A stretch of 32,000 nucleotides of DNA. Source: an uncultured archaeon (GTDB lineage Archaea; Asgardarchaeota; Jordiarchaeia; Jordiarchaeales; Jordiarchaeaceae). Under the pieces are notes generated by a model, which did no database searches, was not told where the DNA came from, and worked only from the letters and a program-made list of their open reading frames with translations. The stretch is taken from positions 1-32,000 of the forward strand of contig CAZECW010000058.1 of the NCBI GenBank assembly GCA_964510585.1, written 5' to 3'. Made by a program: the position numbers and the translations under genes. Below are positions 28,227 through 32,000 of this stretch, in pieces. How positions within the stretch are numbered: the first letter of the stretch is position 1; the number at the start of each line of letters is the position of its first letter.

Positions 28227-28557
28227 AAGACGAGTGCCCAGAAAGCCCCCGATTTTAATCGCGGGGATGAATGGACAAAAGACTTAGTTTTTCCGGTAAA
28301 CAGTATATATTGGATGTAGCTCGGATGTCCAAAAGCTCGAATAAGGCTCCAAGCCGAGACAAGCAGAGAAGGTTCGAGCACAGACATAAATATTAAATAT
28401 AGACTACCTCCATAAAGGTGGCGTTAACTGGGTGGTGGCACACCCATTGCAGATAGCCACTGAGCGGTGAAGGGATGAACGCTTAAACGAATGTATCCCC
28501 GAGTGTTGAAGGGGCTGTGTGCAAGAATCCCCCGACTTCAGTCGAGGTAAGTGTCAA
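28227..28557 (+). mobile_element. Non-autonomous IS200/IS605-family mini-element (copy 2, 331 bp) with TnpB C-terminal remnant
   Basis: TTAC at 28223-28226; AAAG before the left hairpin CCCCCGATTTTAATCGCGGGG; GAAT before the right hairpin; TCAA end at 28554-28557; internal DIN..LNIDYLHKGGVNWVVAHP resembles a degraded TnpB RuvC-III D.NAA.NI motif plus tail. Confidence 0.85.
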
Positions 28558-28756
28558 TGAGGTAAAGTATCCAGCCAGATTGGGGTGCATCTCCTTCTAC
28601 ATGATGCCTTTTCTGATTTCTATGCGCCATTTTATGTTAATTTTCATTACCTATCGTTTTTTAAGGATAGTATAAAAACGGTTTAGAATAAGTTTTGGGG
28701 CTTTAATTTGGTGGTGTACTTACGTGTAAGGAAAATATTCTGTATTTTTATTTGCC

Positions 28757-28857
28757 ATGAAAAACTTTTTTCATATTTCTGTCTAAAACGCTTAAGCGTA
28801 TGAATGTTTCCTATGAAAAACTTTTTTCATATTTTGTCTGAAACGCGTAAGCGTATG
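28757..28857. repeat. Tandem direct repeat, 2 units with a 56-bp period, each carrying two palindromes
   Basis: ATGAAAAA-CT-TTTTTCAT at 28757-28774 and 28813-28830; ACGCTTAAGCGT at 28788-28799 and ACGCGTAAGCGT in unit 2. Confidence 0.85.
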
Positions 28858-28924
28858 GGGTTTTTATGAATTATACAAAGGATGGAGAAAAGTTGTTTTA
28901 GGGATTTAAAAAATCTGGGGAGAT

Positions 28925-29599
28925 TTATGATGTTTTGGGTGTAGTTAGCTTTTCAACTATTTTGTCCCAGATATCTGTATGTTCGCCTTCTGAGAGCACT
29001 TTGGTTCTTTTTATTTCGAGGGCACCCTCTCCGGGGCAGGCTGTTACGCACAGTCCGCATAAGATGCATTTATTCTTGTCTACCTCTATTTTAGGGGGTT
29101 TGTCCCAAGGATGTTCACGTTTTGGTATTTTTATGGCTTCTGTAGGACAGATGAGTGCACAAGTGGCGCATCCTCCCGGGCATTTTTGGGGATGGGCTAC
29201 AATTTCACCCTCAAAGTACTTTTTAGCAGTTTTTTCCTCATCTTTTGCTAGTTTTACCTTTTCGGCTTTAAGATTGGGTAGTGCGCCCCCTTCCACAACT
29301 ATTAGCTTTGGCTCTTCGTTGATTAGGAGTTCAAGGGCTTCGAAGGGACAAAGATATACACAAATTCCACAAAAACTGCACTTCTTCTTGTCAACAAGCA
29401 CAGAAGGCACATCGGACAATTCTTTCCCAGCGGCTCCGACCGGTCCTCTTTGGATGGCTTCCTTGGGGCAGACAGTTATGCATATTCCGCAACCTGTACA
29501 CTTTTTTCTGTCAAGTATGAGTTTAGCGTCTACATCTATCATTTTCATTTCAGTTACTATTTTGTCCTTTTCAATTTGTTGACCATAATACGGAAACAT
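28925..29599 (-). CDS. fwdF: Polyferredoxin, FwdF-like (4 x 4Fe-4S motifs)
   Basis: CTGCGICITVCP, CSFCGICVYLCP, CPGGCATCALICP, CILCGLCVTACP; ATG 29599 with GGTGA SD; fwd context. Confidence 0.8.
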   Translation of the reverse strand: MFPYYGQQIEKDKIVTEMKMIDVDAKLILDRKKCTGCGICITVCPKEAIQRGPVGAAGKELSDVPSVLVDKKKCSFCGICVYLCPFEALELLINEEPKLIVVEGGALPNLKAEKVKLAKDEEKTAKKYFEGEIVAHPQKCPGGCATCALICPTEAIKIPKREHPWDKPPKIEVDKNKCILCGLCVTACPGEGALEIKRTKVLSEGEHTDIWDKIVEKLTTPKTS

Positions 29600-29606
29600 T
29601 CTTTTC

Positions 29607-29867
29607 TCACCGTTCCTCAACGAGTTCAAGTTTTAAGCTCCTAGTGGAGCAAGCTTCTACACATACTCCGCAGCCATCGCATGCATCTGGATTCACTACT
29701 TCACATTTTCCATTGCGTACACGGAGCGTGTAGAGCTCCTCATTGGGATTGTTTTCCAGCCTCAGACGCTCATTTATTGGACAGGCGGTAACACAGTCAC
29801 CACAACCGTTACATAGTCGAGTTCTTACGTGAATCCGGTAAACGTTTTTGCGGGTTTCAGTTTCCAT
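29607..29867 (-). CDS. fwdG: 2x[4Fe-4S] ferredoxin, FwdG-like
   Basis: CNGCGDCVTACPIN and NPDACDGCGVCVEAC; directly upstream of fwdF. Confidence 0.75.
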   Translation of the reverse strand: METETRKNVYRIHVRTRLCNGCGDCVTACPINERLRLENNPNEELYTLRVRNGKCEVVNPDACDGCGVCVEACSTRSLKLELVEER

Positions 29868-30354
29868 GGGAGTACCTCTCCTTTTTATAGTTTCTTAGAT
29901 TTATAGAGTTATTTATTATTTTTTGCTGCCTTAGTGGTTGACATATTTCCGTCAGCCTACCAATAGATGGCAACTTTTGCATTAATTTTCCGCCGAAACA
30001 TTGATTCAAGTTGTTTTTAAATTTATAGCTTTTTTTCTCATTATTAATGCTATTTTAGTTTCCGATAATGGTTCAGTAAAAGGTATTAACTTTATATCGG
30101 GAATTGCTTCTGTCTATTAGGGAATTTTGCTTCTGGTTTTGTTTCAGGCCCTGTTCATGGAAAAAGAGTAGTATGGGAAGATATATAGTTTAGATTTAAT
30201 AAATAAGTTTAAAATTACAGAAACAAAAAGGGGTTTAGACCATTAATTCGAATTTTTTATCCCAATTTTTAAATACTGTTTTTAAGGCACATTTTTTAAG
30301 TGATACATTTATATTATGGTAACATTTGTTTTAGTAGAAGGTAAGGTGTTCCAC

Positions 30355-30603
30355 GTGGCAAGAGTAAAAATTGACAGAAAAGTATGCCAGGGATGTGGCA
30401 ATTGTGTAGCGGTATGTCCCTACGGGATAGAGAGAAGACTTTATGAAAGCGGGTTCACCTCTTGCCATGATGGGAACATGGATCAAGCTATCTGTGTAAT
30501 TAACGGCGTAGCATGCGTAATTAAACCAGAACTATGCTCTAAATGTAAATATTGGGACTGCGAAAAGGTCTGCCCCAGCGGGGCACTCAAGATTGAAGTG
30601 TGA
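30355..30603 (+). CDS. Second 2x[4Fe-4S] ferredoxin, FwdG-like
   Basis: CQGCGNCVAVCP and KPELCSKCKYWDCEKVCP; GTG 30355 with AAGGTG SD; directly upstream of fwdD. Confidence 0.75.
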   Translation: MARVKIDRKVCQGCGNCVAVCPYGIERRLYESGFTSCHDGNMDQAICVINGVACVIKPELCSKCKYWDCEKVCPSGALKIEV

Positions 30604-30618
30604 GGAGGAAAAAGAATA

Positions 30619-31023
30619 ATGTCAAAAAATAACTCCATAAAAGCAATTTTGATAACAGGCAGAAGTCTAGACCAAGGCGTAGCCATAGAAAGTGATAAAT
30701 CTGGGGATATTTACACTAGAGCTTGTGGAAAGGTCTTCATAGATCCTCAAGATATGAAAAAGCTGAAAATTCTAAGCGGGGACATAGTTCTAGTAAAAAC
30801 GAAATACGGAGAAGTTGTGGTTAGGGCGGAAAAGTCGCCAGACGCCCCTCACGAAGGAATCGTGTTTATCCCGATGGGCCCCTGGGCGAATCAGGTTGTA
30901 AATCCTTACACTGATTCCACAGGCATGCCTTCCTTTAAAGGGGTTGATGCCACAGTCGAGCCCGCCCCGGGTAAACCTGTTTTGAGCTCAATCGAACTGG
31001 CAAGAAAATTTTTGAAGCAATAG
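30619..31023 (+). CDS. fwdD: Formylmethanofuran dehydrogenase subunit D (molybdopterin dinucleotide-binding)
   Basis: LITGRSLDQG, GIVFIPMGPWAN, TDSTGMPSFKG. Confidence 0.95.
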   Translation: MSKNNSIKAILITGRSLDQGVAIESDKSGDIYTRACGKVFIDPQDMKKLKILSGDIVLVKTKYGEVVVRAEKSPDAPHEGIVFIPMGPWANQVVNPYTDSTGMPSFKGVDATVEPAPGKPVLSSIELARKFLKQ

Positions 31024-31046
31024 AGTGATTACAGGAGGAACAAGTT

Positions 31047-32000
31047 TTGGCTCGGGAAGTTGTAACTGATGTTGTTTGTCCTTTTTGTGGCTCGCTCTGC
31101 GATGATGGAGAAATAGTTCTTGAAGAGGGAAAGATAGTTGAAACTAGAAACCTTTGCACTATTGGTACAACCAAGTTTTTGTCGTCTCAGAATGGACATA
31201 GGATAACCAAGCCCATGATTAGAGAGAAGGGCGAACTTAAGGAGACAACTTTTGATAAGGCAGTAAAAAAGGCGGCAGAGATTCTCGTGAACGCTGAAAG
31301 ACCACTTCTTTATGGATGGGCCTCAACTGAGTGTGACGCCCATCGTGTTGGAATTGAGCTGGCAGAGGAGCTTAACGCAGTCATAGATGACACTGCAAGT
31401 GTTTGTCACGGCCCTTCAACTATCGCAAAACAGGAGGTGGGCCTTCCATCCTGTACATTAGGGCAAGTGAAAAATAGGGCAGACGTTATTATTTATTGGG
31501 GTTGTAACCCAGCACATGCACACCCAAGACATATGTCAAGATATACTACGTTCATCAGGGGCTTTTTCAGGGAACAGGGAAAACAGGATCGAACCCTAAT
31601 AGTAGTTGATGTGCGCAATACGGATACCGCTAAGCTTGCAGACCACTTTTTGCAGGTTAAGCCAGGATATGATTATGAGGTTTTAAATGCCCTTAGAGCC
31701 ATAATTAAGGGACAACCTATCCGTGGAGAAGATGTAGGCGGAGTACCCGTCTCTAAAATCAAAGAAGTAGCCGAAGTAATGATGAATGCGGGGTTTGGGG
31801 TCATTTTCTTCGGTTTGGGACTAACTATGTCTAGAGGAAAGCATAGAAATGTGGAAAACGCTATTAAGCTCACTATTGAACTTAATGAGTACGCCAAGTT
31901 TGTGATTATGGCTATGAGAGGACACTATAATGTTGCAGGGTTCAGTATTGTTGCTGGTTGGCAGACGGGTTATCCTTTTGGAATAGATTTTCAGAGGGGC
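31047..32000 (+). CDS. fwdB: Formylmethanofuran dehydrogenase subunit B (Mo/W catalytic subunit), 3' truncated by the window end
   Basis: Translated by hand from TTG 31047 (AGGAGG SD): CPFCGSLCDD, SVCHGPS (Cys ligand, TGT), TLGQVKNRAD, WGCNPAHAHPRH, RGHYNVAG; open to 32000; absent from the ORF track. Confidence 0.95.
   Translation, partial: MAREVVTDVVCPFCGSLCDDGEIVLEEGKIVETRNLCTIGTTKFLSSQNGHRITKPMIREKGELKETTFDKAVKKAAEILVNAERPLLYGWASTECDAHRVGIELAEELNAVIDDTASVCHGPSTIAKQEVGLPSCTLGQVKNRADVIIYWGCNPAHAHPRHMSRYTTFIRGFFREQGKQDRTLIVVDVRNTDTAKLADHFLQVKPGYDYEVLNALRAIIKGQPIRGEDVGGVPVSKIKEVAEVMMNAGFGVIFFGLGLTMSRGKHRNVENAIKLTIELNEYAKFVIMAMRGHYNVAGFSIVAGWQTGYPFGIDFQRG

Noticed and set aside
28757-28870. 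CRISPR array
   Set aside because: Only two near-identical units, no unique spacers, no cas genes
31400-31420. Selenocysteine-type FwdB
   Set aside because: The metal-ligand codon is TGT (VCHGP), not TGA

Overview
Archaeal chromosomal window from an anaerobe with the tetrahydromethanopterin-type Wood-Ljungdahl pathway. An Asgard- or Bathyarchaeia-like lineage is plausible but cannot be proven from this window. Left part: Mut7-C protein, rps6e and infB (- strand), and rtcB (+ strand). Middle: a decayed IS6-family element, hypothetical genes, cooC flanked by two paralogous unknown genes, a RimI-like acetyltransferase and a universal stress protein. Right: cdhABCDE, ftr, mtd, archaeal SAM synthetase, mch and two divergent fwd clusters (fwdG-F...A-C-mch on -, fwdG'-D-B on +; fwdB runs off the window). 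Main discovery: rtcB, the tRNA-splicing ligase gene, is interrupted by a 30-nt insertion (3762-3791) carrying an in-frame TGA. The insertion sits in a canonical bulge-helix-bulge (BHB) motif, and its removal restores the conserved [13 protein letters not shown] motif. This looks like an archaeal pre-mRNA intron in the gene for the ligase that would have to splice it, suggesting autoregulation. Other notable items are a CdhE with a tandemly duplicated corrinoid-binding domain, two non-autonomous IS200/IS605 mini-elements retaining a TnpB tail and right end, tandem palindromic repeats near fwdA, and sharp A/C-to-G/T compositional flips, one inside rtcB. All alignments and base pairings were done by eye; no database searches were run.
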